A DNA stretch of 64,000 bases from a bacterium (GTDB lineage: Bacteria; UBP14; UBA6098; B30-G16): NCBI GenBank assembly GCA_021162205.1, contig JAGGZE010000148.1, positions 283-64,282 of the forward strand. The letters are read 5' to 3'. The position numbers and the translations under genes are program-made. This document shows positions 28,530-39,283 of the stretch, piece after piece; position 1 is the stretch's first letter; each line of letters begins with the position of its first letter. Under the pieces are notes generated by a model. That model was not told the origin of the DNA. It did no database searches and worked only from the letters and a program-made list of their open reading frames with translations.

Positions 28530-29315
28530 TTGAATATCAAAATTCATTTGAAAATATTCTTGTTTGGGATATTTTTATTGAGTGAATGTATATATGGACT
28601 CGGTATCGGCGCTACCGAAAGCGAAATTCATATTTTTGCGAAAAATGGCAAAAAAGTTATTTATAAAAAACTTTGCTTGGTTAATCCTAATAAAGCATCG
28701 AGAGAAATTTCCGTCGGTATAAAAAGAAGCAATGGGAATGGATATTTTTTACCATTACCGAATTTGGATTGGGTGAATGTTAATCCCCGTGCGATTGCTG
28801 TTGAACCGAGTTCACAGAGTGAGCCGATTGAAATATCGATATCGATTCCCGACAGTGCGATTTATTTAAACAAACGGTTTATATTCGATTTGATTGTTCA
28901 ACCGGGAAAAACGGGAGCTTTTGTCGCTGGAATTATTGTTCCAGTTTATATTACGACCGAACCATCGCACAGAATTCCACAATCGTGTGATAGTTGTGGA
29001 TTGATAATTTATCCTAATAGCATAAATCTTGCGAGCAAACTCGATTCTATTTATATCGTTAATTGGAGTTCCGATACTGCGAGACTTAATATCGGCTGGA
29101 ATCGTTCGGGGCAAAAAGGTTGGCAGGATGCCTTGCTTATTATGCAGAGAGTTATGGCAACTTATGTTCCTATTCAAAAAGATTTTATTATTGAACCCAA
29201 TGGGAAGAAAAAAATATTTATTAAACCGCTTGCATTTCCAGGTAAAGGTAAATTATATTTCAATAGTGAAAATGGGTTACAGGATTTCATAAATATAGAA
29301 TGGGGGACATTTTGA
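28530..29315 (+). CDS. Exported hypothetical protein, two beta-sandwich domains, PapD/DUF916-like chaperone candidate
   Basis: TTG start after AGGA; signal-like N-terminus; basic and beta-rich; W.NV.P..I.V.P...I.I.I.IP pattern. The family call is inference. Confidence 0.55.
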   Translation: MNIKIHLKIFLFGIFLLSECIYGLGIGATESEIHIFAKNGKKVIYKKLCLVNPNKASREISVGIKRSNGNGYFLPLPNLDWVNVNPRAIAVEPSSQSEPIEISISIPDSAIYLNKRFIFDLIVQPGKTGAFVAGIIVPVYITTEPSHRIPQSCDSCGLIIYPNSINLASKLDSIYIVNWSSDTARLNIGWNRSGQKGWQDALLIMQRVMATYVPIQKDFIIEPNGKKKIFIKPLAFPGKGKLYFNSENGLQDFINIEWGTF

Positions 29316-30175
29316 TAGATAAGTATTTTAAAGGTTCGACTATTTATATATTTGTAATAATTTTGTTTTTCAATGGTTTGCTGTTCGCTCAATATACGCT
29401 TGCCGATAGTATTAAAATCCAGATTACGATTTCATCCTGCCCGATGCAGTTTGAAATAGATAGTCTTCCGAGAAATCCAAATGTAGGTGGAATGCCCGTG
29501 CAGGATACTTTTTGGATGTGGTGGGAATACGAGGGTTTTCACGATACGGAGTTGATGAAACTTAAATGGGAAACGATGTATCTTGTCGGTTCACGAATAA
29601 GAGATGTTGGCGGTGTTCCTATCGACCCACCTCAAATGCAGGCGATTTTAGTAGTGAATACGGGATGTCCGCCATTAGATTTCGAATTATCGACTTATGC
29701 TAGAAGTTTGCCTGATACCGCCATACCAGATTCCTCGTGGTGGGAGCCCAATGACACCAACTCGATAGAAAGGTCTGATGATAGAGGCAAATATGTTCTT
29801 CAAGCGCTTGCAACAGGTTATGGCACACCGAGTTTGATGTGGGCTGATTCGGTTAGATTTAAAACTTCAGCCGCATATTATTGGGTAGTTAAAGATACTT
29901 TTCACCCGCAAGCGATTAAGGATTCGGTGTTAGCCGGTGGAGATATAGGTTATTTTTATAGTGAGGACCATCTCGGATTCGATGAAATACCGACAATCGA
30001 TGCTCACGGTGTAAATATAACGAAATTCATCGAGGAATCCCCCGATACTGCAAATAGCGTATTTTTCCTGCATATGGCTTTGACGACCCCATCTCTTATG
30101 ACGAGTTTAACGGATAGTGAACAACTTAAAGGTTACATTATTCTGGTAGTTCGTGCAAGAGTACGCGGAGAATGA
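29312..30175 (+). CDS. Exported hypothetical protein with pilin/WxL-like domain shared with the 58420 protein
   Basis: Probable TTG start overlapping the upstream TGA (alternative ATG 29300); signal peptide LLFA-Q; VVNTG, KYVLQA, GVN and FLHMALTTP motifs. Confidence 0.6.
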   Translation: MIDKYFKGSTIYIFVIILFFNGLLFAQYTLADSIKIQITISSCPMQFEIDSLPRNPNVGGMPVQDTFWMWWEYEGFHDTELMKLKWETMYLVGSRIRDVGGVPIDPPQMQAILVVNTGCPPLDFELSTYARSLPDTAIPDSSWWEPNDTNSIERSDDRGKYVLQALATGYGTPSLMWADSVRFKTSAAYYWVVKDTFHPQAIKDSVLAGGDIGYFYSEDHLGFDEIPTIDAHGVNITKFIEESPDTANSVFFLHMALTTPSLMTSLTDSEQLKGYIILVVRARVRGE

Positions 30176-30347
30176 ACCTTCGGTTCTTTCTAATTGGGTG
30201 ATAATTTATTTTGATTGAGCAGGTGCAATTTTTGATTGAGCAGGTGCAACAATGAATGACAACTCGGTTGTCAGACCCCGACTTCATCGGGATTCAGAAA
30301 AAAGTTGCACAAAGAAAACACCCGAAGGGGTGCAGGCGAATGCCTGC
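30174..30347. repeat. Intergenic stack of palindromes and a 21-bp tandem repeat between convergent genes; likely also a terminator
   Basis: GAACC-TTC-GGTTC (30174); TTTTGATTGAGCAGGTGCAA(T/C) twice (30209-30250); hairpins at 30257-73, 30277-91, 30319-32 and 30332-47. Confidence 0.75.
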
Positions 30348-31271
30348 CTAGAATTTTTCACCGAATAATTGGAGAATAATTGCTTTTTGGATATGCAATC
30401 TATTTTCAGCTTGGTCGAAAACGACGGAATGTGGACTATCCATAACCTCGTCGGTAACTTCACGACCGCGCTCGGCTGGAAGACAGTGCATAAATATCGC
30501 ATCGTTTTTTGCGTTTGATAATAATTCATTATTGACCTGAAAAGGTTTAAGCTTTTCTTCGCGTTCGGCAATTTTTTCTTTTTCGCCCATCGATGCCCAG
30601 ACATCTGTGTATATCACATCGACATTATCTACCGCCTCGATTGGGTCGGATGTTATTTTAATTTTCGATAGTCCCGATTTATTTGCGTTCGCCAATATTT
30701 CGGGGTTCGGTTGACGGTCTTCGGTTGTGCCGATTCGCAAATCCAATGAAAGTCTGCTTGCAAGATTGACCCAGGAATTTGCAATATTATTGCCGCCATC
30801 GCCAAGATATGCCACAGAAATATTATCGATTCTATCTTTCGCTTCCATAATTGTGAAAATGTCGCCCATTATTTGGCAGGGATGAAATAGATTTGTCAAA
30901 GCATTTATAACGGGCACATCGGCGTATTTAGCGAATTCGATAATTTCGGAATGCTCGAATGTGCGGATTACGATAAGGTCGAAATAACGGGACATAACTT
31001 TTGCCACATCGCCGACACTTTCTCGTTTCCCCATCCCGATTTCCTTGTCGGATAAAAATAAAGTATCCATCCCGAGTTGACGAATTCCTGTTTCAAAACT
31101 TGCACGCGTTCTCAGGGATGGTTTCCTGAACATAAGCGCTGCGTGTTTCCCTGCGAAAGGTTTCGGGTCGTCGCCCCAGCGATGCATATGTTTCACAACC
31201 TTTGCGATTGTCAGAACTTCCTTTATTTCTCTCGATGTAAAATCTGGAATCGCTAAAAAATCTTGTTTCAT
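30348..31271 (-). CDS. argF: Ornithine carbamoyltransferase
   Basis: KPSLRTR, HPCQ, YTDVWASMG, HCLPA.RG.E, DQAENR; AGGAGG RBS before ATG 31271. Confidence 0.95.
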   Translation of the reverse strand: MKQDFLAIPDFTSREIKEVLTIAKVVKHMHRWGDDPKPFAGKHAALMFRKPSLRTRASFETGIRQLGMDTLFLSDKEIGMGKRESVGDVAKVMSRYFDLIVIRTFEHSEIIEFAKYADVPVINALTNLFHPCQIMGDIFTIMEAKDRIDNISVAYLGDGGNNIANSWVNLASRLSLDLRIGTTEDRQPNPEILANANKSGLSKIKITSDPIEAVDNVDVIYTDVWASMGEKEKIAEREEKLKPFQVNNELLSNAKNDAIFMHCLPAERGREVTDEVMDSPHSVVFDQAENRLHIQKAIILQLFGEKF

Positions 31272-31424
31272 CTTTCCTCCTTTAATCATTTTTATCACTG
31301 GTTCAAATCTTTTTCATATCGATAATTTAATTTTTTAAAAATAATTTCGCAAGAGATAGTTAAAATACTTTTTTAATATTCTATTCTAATTATATTTTGA
31401 AGCAAATTTCATTGGGAGGGGAAT

Positions 31425-34214
31425 ATGAAAAATTTTATCGAGGATATCGATTACAAAATTCTTTTTGAAAATGCGAACGATGCTATTTTCATCGAGAATA
31501 TCGAGGGTAAAATCCTATCGGCTAATCGAAAAGCATGCGAGATGTTCGGTTATACTTACGATGAATTTTTGAAACTCTATGCGTCGGATTTAGTTCCACC
31601 CGATATTGTATCCGAACTCGATAACCTTTCAGAAAAATTGAAAGAATCGAAAAATCTTAATATTCGAGCTCGCAATGTTAAAAAGAACGGTGAGATTTTC
31701 GATGTCGATATCAGTCTTCGCTTGCTTGAAATATCGGGGAAACCTATATTTTTTGCCATCGTTCGGGATATTTCAGATATAGTAACTCTTCGACAGGATT
31801 ATCGTGAGCAATGGGAAAATTATAAAACCTTAGCCGAACTTTCGCAAAATGCGATTCTCGTTCACAATGGCAGAGATGTGCTTTTTGCGAATAGTAAAGT
31901 ATTCGACCTGTTCGGGATACCTTACGATATGAACCTAACAATGCAGTCTTTATTGATGCTGGCGAATCCCGATTCTCGTGCAACGATGAACGAATATGCG
32001 GTAAAAAGACTTTCCGGCGAATCCGTTCCCGAACAATATGAAATATCTGGTAATTCTTATGGCGGTAATCCGCTAAATTTAATTCTCAACGCTCGAAAAA
32101 TCACCTATGATGGTAAACCGTCACTACTCGTTAATTTCACAGATATTACCGAATTTCGACAGATGGAAAATCGGTTGATATTTCTCAATACGCTTCTTAA
32201 AACGATAAGCAAGGTCAATCAACTGCTTGTGCGTGAAAGCGATATACCGACTTTAATGATTGAAATCTCGGGTATGCTCGAAGAAATTAGGCAATACAAA
32301 AAAGTTATTCCATTGCTATATGAAAATGGGGAATTAGTCGTTCCCAAGAATTTAGATGTCGATGAAAATTTTAATCGTTTCATCGATATTGCTAAGAATC
32401 TGTTTTTGAATGTTTTAGAATCCAAAGAACCATTATTCACTCACGATATAAGCAAATGCGAGAATGTCTCCGATGAGGTTCGAGAAAAATATTCGAACTC
32501 GAATGTGAAAAGTGTTTCTTTTGTGCCGATAGCATACAAGGGTAATATTAATGGTATTATCGTTGTCTGTGCTAATGAAGGACATAGTTGGTCTGATGAA
32601 GAACGAAATCTTCTTGTCGAGGTATCCGAGGATTTAGGTTTTGCAATTCGTTCATCAGAACTCGAAAAAGAAAAGAATTCTGCATTAGATAAATTAGCTC
32701 AAAGCGAAAAACTTTACCATACACTTGTCGAACTCGCACCTATCGCGATAGGACTTCACGATGGCGAAAAAATGATTTTCGTCAATAACGCTACATTAAA
32801 AATACTCGGATACGATAATATCGATGAAATTATCGGACATTCGATATTCGATTTGGTATCCAGTGAAAGTATCGATATAGCGCATAAAAGAGTTAAATCT
32901 ATGGTAGATAATGGCAAACCTGCTGAGTCTATCGAGGAGATATTGAAAAAAAAGGATGGCACAAAAATAGTCGCCGAGGTCAATGCCACGCCTGTAGAAA
33001 TCGATGGTGAGAAAAAAGTATTGATAATCGCTCGCGATATTACCGAACGGAAACTTGCCGAGGAAAAAACGGTTGCACTCGAGCAAAAACTTTTACAGGC
33101 GCAAAAACTCGAGGCTATCGGCAGACTTGCTGGCGGAATAGCTCATGAATTTAATAATCTATTGAATGGAATTATCGGATATGCCGAACTTTTAAAGGAA
33201 AATTTATCGGTTTCCGAACCCGCATTCAGATATACCGAGTTGATTTTTAAGACGAGTCTCGATGCTGCTCGCTTGACGAGACAAATTTTAAGTTTCGGTA
33301 AGCGAACACCGAAGGAAGAAATCCCATTCGAGATTAAAGATTCTATTCGTGAAGTAATAGATATTTTAAAACAAACCGTGCCGAGAAATATAAATTTCGT
33401 TCTCGAACTATTCGATGAAAACACAGTTATCGATGGTGATATAGCTCAAATCGAGCAAGTTCTGATGAATCTTTGTGTTAATGCGTTCGATGCTATGCCA
33501 CAAGGTGGCGATTTAACGATAAAAACCGATATTGTAGATGCAGATAACATAACTTATTCCGAAATTCCTCATAATAAATATGTTCACTTAATTGTTTCAG
33601 ATACTGGAATTGGAATGTCGAATGAGATTATCGAAAATATTTTCGACCCATTTTTCACAACGAAGGAACAGGGAAAAGGAACGGGCTTGGGTCTTTCGAT
33701 TGCATATTCCATAATAAACGACCATAATGGTTATATTATCGTTAATAGTGAACAAGGGAAAGGCACCGCGTTTGAAATTTTTCTCCCGCACAGTGAAGAA
33801 AAATCTGAAAGTAAATTTCAGTTCGCTACACCTGAAATTATAAAAGGAAGCGAAACGATTCTTGTCGCCGATGATGAAGCTGTTATGCTAAATTTACTCA
33901 TCGACCTATTGCAAAGTCGCGGGTATCGTGTTCTAACTGCTATGAATGGTGTCGAGGCCGTTAAACTTTACGATGTAAAAAAAGATGAAATCGACCTCGT
34001 GATTCTCGATGTAGCTATGCCGCAGATGGATGGACTCGAAGCTCTAAACAAAATACTCGAAATCGATTCTGCGGCTAAAATACTTATGGTAAGCGGATAT
34101 ACACAAATCGATACAGTGGATAAATGTATTTCTGCTGGTGCGAAAGGTTTCATACGAAAACCATTTAGAATTTTCGAACTGTCGGAGAAAATCTGGAATA
34201 CATTGCACAAATAA
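31425..34214 (+). CDS. Cytoplasmic hybrid sensor kinase (PAS-PAS-GAF-PAS-HisKA-HATPase-receiver)
   Basis: RDIS/TDIT/RDIT PAS ends, [34 protein letters not shown], receiver LD.AMP and KPF. Confidence 0.95.
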   Translation: MKNFIEDIDYKILFENANDAIFIENIEGKILSANRKACEMFGYTYDEFLKLYASDLVPPDIVSELDNLSEKLKESKNLNIRARNVKKNGEIFDVDISLRLLEISGKPIFFAIVRDISDIVTLRQDYREQWENYKTLAELSQNAILVHNGRDVLFANSKVFDLFGIPYDMNLTMQSLLMLANPDSRATMNEYAVKRLSGESVPEQYEISGNSYGGNPLNLILNARKITYDGKPSLLVNFTDITEFRQMENRLIFLNTLLKTISKVNQLLVRESDIPTLMIEISGMLEEIRQYKKVIPLLYENGELVVPKNLDVDENFNRFIDIAKNLFLNVLESKEPLFTHDISKCENVSDEVREKYSNSNVKSVSFVPIAYKGNINGIIVVCANEGHSWSDEERNLLVEVSEDLGFAIRSSELEKEKNSALDKLAQSEKLYHTLVELAPIAIGLHDGEKMIFVNNATLKILGYDNIDEIIGHSIFDLVSSESIDIAHKRVKSMVDNGKPAESIEEILKKKDGTKIVAEVNATPVEIDGEKKVLIIARDITERKLAEEKTVALEQKLLQAQKLEAIGRLAGGIAHEFNNLLNGIIGYAELLKENLSVSEPAFRYTELIFKTSLDAARLTRQILSFGKRTPKEEIPFEIKDSIREVIDILKQTVPRNINFVLELFDENTVIDGDIAQIEQVLMNLCVNAFDAMPQGGDLTIKTDIVDADNITYSEIPHNKYVHLIVSDTGIGMSNEIIENIFDPFFTTKEQGKGTGLGLSIAYSIINDHNGYIIVNSEQGKGTAFEIFLPHSEEKSESKFQFATPEIIKGSETILVADDEAVMLNLLIDLLQSRGYRVLTAMNGVEAVKLYDVKKDEIDLVILDVAMPQMDGLEALNKILEIDSAAKILMVSGYTQIDTVDKCISAGAKGFIRKPFRIFELSEKIWNTLHK

Positions 34215-34226
34215 GGGGTCGGTCTA

Positions 34227-35198
34227 ATGACAATCGATGTTCCCATAGATATAGTTCCCTGCCGACTCGATGTCTATCTCGTTCAATGCGGAATCGGGCT
34301 ATCGAGAAATCAGATTCAAAAATTCATTCGAAGTAAAAATATCGAAGTTGTCGATAAGGGAACGAAACCTAATTTTATACTTCACGGCGGTGAGGTAATC
34401 GAAATAGAAATTCCCGAAGATGAACCATTTCGACTCCTTCCCGAAAATATTCCTGTCGATATAATTTATGAAGATGATTATTTGCTCGTGGTAAATAAAC
34501 CGGCGGGGATGGTAACGCATCCCGCTCGAGGCAACTGGACAGGAACACTTTTGAATGCTGTTCTTCATCACACTAATGACATTTCTCCGATAGGTGGCGA
34601 TTTTCGACCTGGAATCGTTCATAGATTGGATAAGGGAACATCGGGATTGCTGATTATAGCGAAAAAAGCATCGACACATATTATGCTCTCGGAAATTCTA
34701 TCGAAAAGGGAAATCCACAGACAATATCTCGCACTTTTGTGGGGGCATCTTCAGGAGAATAATTTGATTGTCGATGCGCCGATTGGACATCATCCGAAAG
34801 AACCTATTAAGAAATGGGTAGTTCCTGCTGGTCGTCCTGCAAAAACTGAATTTACCGCTATTGCTTATTTCGATTTTCTCGAACTTGCAAAAATTAAGCT
34901 TTTCACAGGAAGAACTCACCAGATACGAGTTCATTCGGCTTATATCGGTCATCCGGTATTCGGTGACAGCGATTATGGTGGCGGAAACGAAAAAATCGGC
35001 GGTATCGCACCGCAATATAGAAACAAAGCGAAGGAGCTTTTGAAAATCGTGAATCGACAAATGCTTCACGCATATAGATTGGAATTTGTTCATCCAGAAA
35101 CGGGAAAAGCATTGGTATTCGAGGTTGCACCGCCAGCCGATTTTTTAAATATTCTCGATGAATTGAATTATAAGCTTATGCTCATAAAAGACTTGTAA
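34227..35198 (+). CDS. rluD: RluA/RluD family pseudouridine synthase
   Basis: N-terminal S4-like domain, NKPAGM, RPGIVHRLDKGTSG, TGRTHQIRVH, QMLHA. Confidence 0.9.
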   Translation: MTIDVPIDIVPCRLDVYLVQCGIGLSRNQIQKFIRSKNIEVVDKGTKPNFILHGGEVIEIEIPEDEPFRLLPENIPVDIIYEDDYLLVVNKPAGMVTHPARGNWTGTLLNAVLHHTNDISPIGGDFRPGIVHRLDKGTSGLLIIAKKASTHIMLSEILSKREIHRQYLALLWGHLQENNLIVDAPIGHHPKEPIKKWVVPAGRPAKTEFTAIAYFDFLELAKIKLFTGRTHQIRVHSAYIGHPVFGDSDYGGGNEKIGGIAPQYRNKAKELLKIVNRQMLHAYRLEFVHPETGKALVFEVAPPADFLNILDELNYKLMLIKDL

Positions 35199-35287
35199 AT
35201 ATTTTTCTAATTTTTTATTAGAAAATGTCTTGCGTTTTTTCAATTATAAATTTATTCTTAAATAAATTAACTTAAAAAGGGGGAACA

Positions 35288-37216
35288 ATGAGAAGTATTA
35301 CGATGCTGTTGGTTGTTTGCGTTATTGCTGGGATGGTTTTTGGAATCGGTATCGGTCAAAGCAAAAATGCAAGTGGTATTCAGATAAGGACATCACTGAA
35401 TAACAGACCTGCCACTCATTCCACAAAAAATGTAACTGTTTGGAGTTTAGATGAAGATTTCGATTCCAGCACCGAACTTCCCACAGGTTGGACAACTGTC
35501 GATGGCGATGGCGATGGTCAACCCTGGTATATATATTCGTATAATACTCATTCGGGAGATAATTGTGCGGGTTCGATGTATAATGCATCGGGTAATGATG
35601 ACTGGTTGATTACTCCGCAGGTTCATATCGATGCCGGTGATACTTTTTACTGCTGGTATGCCTCGCAGGACCCGAGTTATTGCGATGAGCATATCCAGAT
35701 TTTAGTATCCACAGGAACAGCCGATGTATCCAGTTTCACAGATACGATTTACGATTATACCACACCCGATACTGTCTGGCGCCAATTTGTCTATAGTCTC
35801 GATACCTATGCAGGTCAGGACATTTATGTGGCGTTCCATAATATTTCAGTCGATATGTTTGTGCTTAAGGTCGATGATGTAGCAATCGGTCAAAGACCTG
35901 CTTATGATGGTGCTGTCGAGTCGATAGATACGCTCAGTCCATATTTAGACCCAGGCGGCGATGTAACACCAGCCGCAACTGTGACAAATTTTGGTTCGGG
36001 AGCAATTTCACCCGATGTAATTTGTTATGTTATTCACAATGGCGATACTGTCAATACCGAAACTATCGCAGTTACCGACATCGCATCGGGGACAAGTCAG
36101 GATGTTGTTTTTTCACCTTACACACTCGCACTTTACGATGCGGTTTATGAAATAGCATTTGCAATATCCGACACTTCGGATGAAGTCGAAGATAACAATA
36201 CCTCGAGTTACTATGTTTATACTTATACTACCGCAAGAACCGTTATATTACAGGAATTTACAGCTACCTGGTGCACCTGGTGTTCATATCCTGCAGTGGC
36301 GTTGCATCAGTTGAAAGATGAACTCGGCGATTCGATTTGTATCGGTTCGTATCATGTCTGGGGTGAAACCAGCGACCCATATTGGATTGGAGATGAAGGC
36401 GATGACCTCGCATCTGGATATGGTATAACAGGTATTCCATCGACAGCTTGCAATGGTAGTTTTTATATAGTCGGTGGCTCGACCGGTGATTTAACAAATG
36501 AATATGCTCTTTATTCCAGCATTTATAATGCTGTTTTGGAAACAAAAACACCTATGACACTCGATTTTACAATTTCATCGGCTACCGCAACAGATTTCGA
36601 TGTTTCTACAACCATAGAGATTCTTGGCGAATTAAAAGATGGTCTCGATTTGAGAATTCACTATATAATTACCGAGACGGACATCGCATATCATTGGGAA
36701 GGTGCTTTTCCATTGGATTCATTATTCGATGTAGTTCGTGCTATTTTGCCCGACTATGCGGGTGTAGCTGTTAGTGGAACTACATTCACCGATGATAAGC
36801 ATTTCACTATCGACCCATCGTGGAATGCCGATAAATGCTATTTAACCGCATTCATTCAGGATGGCACGAACGGTGAAATATTCTATGCAAAAGAAACAAA
36901 GATTCTTCCCGATGGCATTGCAGAAAAGAATAATCTTCCTGGCAAGCTCGCACTCGATTGTAATCCAAATCCATTCAATTCATCTACCGAGATTAAGGTT
37001 AATGTTCCCGAAAGTGGCAAAATTAAACTTGCGATTTATGATTTGAAAGGTCGTTCGATTAAAACAATCGATAGCGGCGAATTCGAATCTGGAACACACA
37101 ATTTCCGATGGGATGGCGATGATAACAGTGGCAATACTGTCTCGACCGGTATTTATTTTGTCAAATTGGATACAGGTAAATCGACTCTCATTCGTAAGAT
37201 TGCGTTAATCAAATAG
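35288..37216 (+). CDS. Secreted protein: cleaved-adhesin (choice-of-anchor J) domain + Ig-like domain + Omp28-like thioredoxin domain + FlgD-Ig/type-A T9SS-like tail
   Basis: PTGWTTVDGDGDG and DDWLITP; QEFTATWCTWC; GIP; NPNPFNSST...WDG....G..VSTGIYF. Confidence 0.85.
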   Translation: MRSITMLLVVCVIAGMVFGIGIGQSKNASGIQIRTSLNNRPATHSTKNVTVWSLDEDFDSSTELPTGWTTVDGDGDGQPWYIYSYNTHSGDNCAGSMYNASGNDDWLITPQVHIDAGDTFYCWYASQDPSYCDEHIQILVSTGTADVSSFTDTIYDYTTPDTVWRQFVYSLDTYAGQDIYVAFHNISVDMFVLKVDDVAIGQRPAYDGAVESIDTLSPYLDPGGDVTPAATVTNFGSGAISPDVICYVIHNGDTVNTETIAVTDIASGTSQDVVFSPYTLALYDAVYEIAFAISDTSDEVEDNNTSSYYVYTYTTARTVILQEFTATWCTWCSYPAVALHQLKDELGDSICIGSYHVWGETSDPYWIGDEGDDLASGYGITGIPSTACNGSFYIVGGSTGDLTNEYALYSSIYNAVLETKTPMTLDFTISSATATDFDVSTTIEILGELKDGLDLRIHYIITETDIAYHWEGAFPLDSLFDVVRAILPDYAGVAVSGTTFTDDKHFTIDPSWNADKCYLTAFIQDGTNGEIFYAKETKILPDGIAEKNNLPGKLALDCNPNPFNSSTEIKVNVPESGKIKLAIYDLKGRSIKTIDSGEFESGTHNFRWDGDDNSGNTVSTGIYFVKLDTGKSTLIRKIALIK

Positions 37217-37259
37217 AATCGAATTATACAAGCTGAGCAAGGAGTTTTAATCAATTGTT

Positions 37260-37295
37260 AAAGGCGCCCCGCCAAAACGGGACGCCTTTTTTTTT
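37260..37295. terminator. Bidirectional intrinsic terminator
   Basis: AAAAGGCG-CCCCGCCAAAACGGGA-CGCCTTTTTTTTT between convergent genes. Confidence 0.75.
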
Positions 37296-37311
37296 ACTTT
37301 GCAGAATTCTT

Positions 37312-37683
37312 TTATTCTTTAGTATCCGCTTCTTCGTTCTTTCCTTTTTTCATCGATGTAACTTTCTCGATGATATTCGGAATCATCTCGGTCAGTGCCG
37401 AAACACTTTTTGTTTTCACCGGCAGGAATGCGGTTTTATCACCCTCCATTACGATAAACCCCACGGGGTTAATCGAGACACCACCACCGCCACCGCCGCC
37501 TGAAATACTTTTTTCTTTACCCGATACATCATTGCCGCCAGCGCCGAAACCGAGACTCATTTTAACGACTGGGATGACAGTTTTCTCGCCGACTGTAACA
37601 GATTCACCGAGAACTGTTTCGGCTTTCGAAATCACCTCGAGATGGTCGAGAATTGTCTTGAAAATGTCGGGAACGGATGCCAT
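37312..37683 (-). CDS. GerW/YtfJ family protein
   Basis: ETVLGE, IPVVKMSLGFGAGG, GGGGGGGVSINPVGFIV; AGGAGG RBS. Confidence 0.9.
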   Translation of the reverse strand: MASVPDIFKTILDHLEVISKAETVLGESVTVGEKTVIPVVKMSLGFGAGGNDVSGKEKSISGGGGGGGVSINPVGFIVMEGDKTAFLPVKTKSVSALTEMIPNIIEKVTSMKKGKNEEADTKE

Positions 37684-37758
37684 TTTTTACCTCCTATAAT
37701 GTTTTTGTCTCGAATAATATACAATTATAATACAAAGTTATTCAAATAAAAAAAATAG

Positions 37759-39042
37759 TCAACGCAAAGTTTGCGTAAATAGAGCAAGATTTTCGGGAAG
37801 TGTATTATTATCTATATTTGCTGGGTTTCCGATTGTTTTTTGAAGTCTTAAAAAATTCCCGGGTATATATCCAAAGATTCCGAATCCAGCCAAAATAAGT
37901 TTTTCACCGACTGCCGCAGTAATCGATTTATTCAACGGAAGGTCGAGATATAATGTTCCCTTTTTCTTTCTGGCGATTCCGCCAAAAATATTCGATATAA
38001 TCATTACTAAATGTGAAAGCTTAGTTCCATAAGATTTTATTCTAACAATAGCGGTGTTGTTTTGCGGTTCATATTTTAGAACATATTTACATTTTTCACC
38101 TGAAATAGTTTTTTCAGGTCGAGATGAAATTTCCCCTAAAATTCCCAGCATTTCCAGAGTGAGTTCGAGTGAATCGGAATATTGTGGCGGTGGATAAAAT
38201 ACATTTTCTCTCGGTGGTATTAAAACTTTAGCCATAATTTGTCGGGGTTTATCGAACGAATGATGATGCATCAGACCGAGTGGAACCATCGTCCCAATCG
38301 GTGTCGATAAATATGATGGATAATCGTTTGTATATTGTAAAATCCAATTGGGATTAAAATATTTGATTTTTTTAAGCAAAAAATCGATACCGTCATTTTT
38401 CCAAATGACTCCATGCGGAGATGCCGGTGGATAAATCTCGATATAAAACGGTTCTCTCTGAATTTTTGCAGCAATCGAACCGACTAACTTCATATCCTTA
38501 TTATATGCCCCGAGAACAAGCAATTTTCTCTGCAAAATCAATTGTTGCATCTTGCCCGCAATCGTCAGTGAAGCCCACGGTAATTCATCTCCATAGAAAT
38601 TTCTCCAAATAGCACAAACTCGCGGAATTTCCTCTTCCCCGATTTGAGCAAATGTAATATCGGAAGTGAAATCAGAAATTTCGATATTCTCTAATACAGG
38701 TTCGAATATTGCAATTTTTATTTTAGCACCATCGTCGATAGATGTAGCGAGAACCTCATCGGCAATATTCGATATAATCGATTTCGATGGCAAAATATTT
38801 CCCCTAAATTCAGCGGTAGCTGAAAAACGAGATGCTTTAAGCTCGAGTTCTAAATCACCTTGTTGTTTGGATATCGAAATGTTTTTTGTGTATTCGGAGA
38901 CAGCATTTATAAAACGATTGGCAAGTTCACGAGGAACCCGAGCAGAATTAGTGAAATCACTTGCAAAATCACTCACAGCTGAATGTGATTTTTCATCGGA
39001 AGGCAAAATAAACCGAGCACTCTTTTCATTATTTTCAAGCAT
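37759..39042 (-). CDS. Hypothetical protein; degenerate RsbW-like (HATPase) N-terminus and GNAT-like remainder
   Basis: Long ORF; AVSE..KN resembles an N-box helix; the rest is a weak GNAT-like pattern. Confidence 0.5.
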   Translation of the reverse strand: MLENNEKSARFILPSDEKSHSAVSDFASDFTNSARVPRELANRFINAVSEYTKNISISKQQGDLELELKASRFSATAEFRGNILPSKSIISNIADEVLATSIDDGAKIKIAIFEPVLENIEISDFTSDITFAQIGEEEIPRVCAIWRNFYGDELPWASLTIAGKMQQLILQRKLLVLGAYNKDMKLVGSIAAKIQREPFYIEIYPPASPHGVIWKNDGIDFLLKKIKYFNPNWILQYTNDYPSYLSTPIGTMVPLGLMHHHSFDKPRQIMAKVLIPPRENVFYPPPQYSDSLELTLEMLGILGEISSRPEKTISGEKCKYVLKYEPQNNTAIVRIKSYGTKLSHLVMIISNIFGGIARKKKGTLYLDLPLNKSITAAVGEKLILAGFGIFGYIPGNFLRLQKTIGNPANIDNNTLPENLALFTQTLR

Positions 39043-39283
39043 GCCTATCAAAATAAAAATAAAAACTATTCTGTCAAGAGTATATTAAAATTATTTTGTC
39101 GGTTCATCGGTATCATTGGTTCTGACCGCCAATGAAGAATGAATAAATAATGACGAACCGAACTGGTATTTGAAATAGTAATTTGGATTTTGAACTTTGA
39201 CATTTCGATTATTGTAATATAATGTTTTTTATGATTTCAAATTCAAAATTACCGATTGAAACGGCAAGGACAATCGTTATAAA

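Noticed and set aside
30348-31271. N-acetyl- or N-succinylornithine carbamoyltransferase, because of SLRT
   Set aside because: The D...SMG ornithine-binding loop typical of true OTCase is present.
36250-36295. Selenocysteine in the Omp28-like CxxC motif
   Set aside because: The codons are TGC and TGT; there is no in-frame TGA.
37312-37683. GerW/YtfJ as evidence of sporulation
   Set aside because: The family is widespread in non-sporulating prokaryotes and no other sporulation genes are present.
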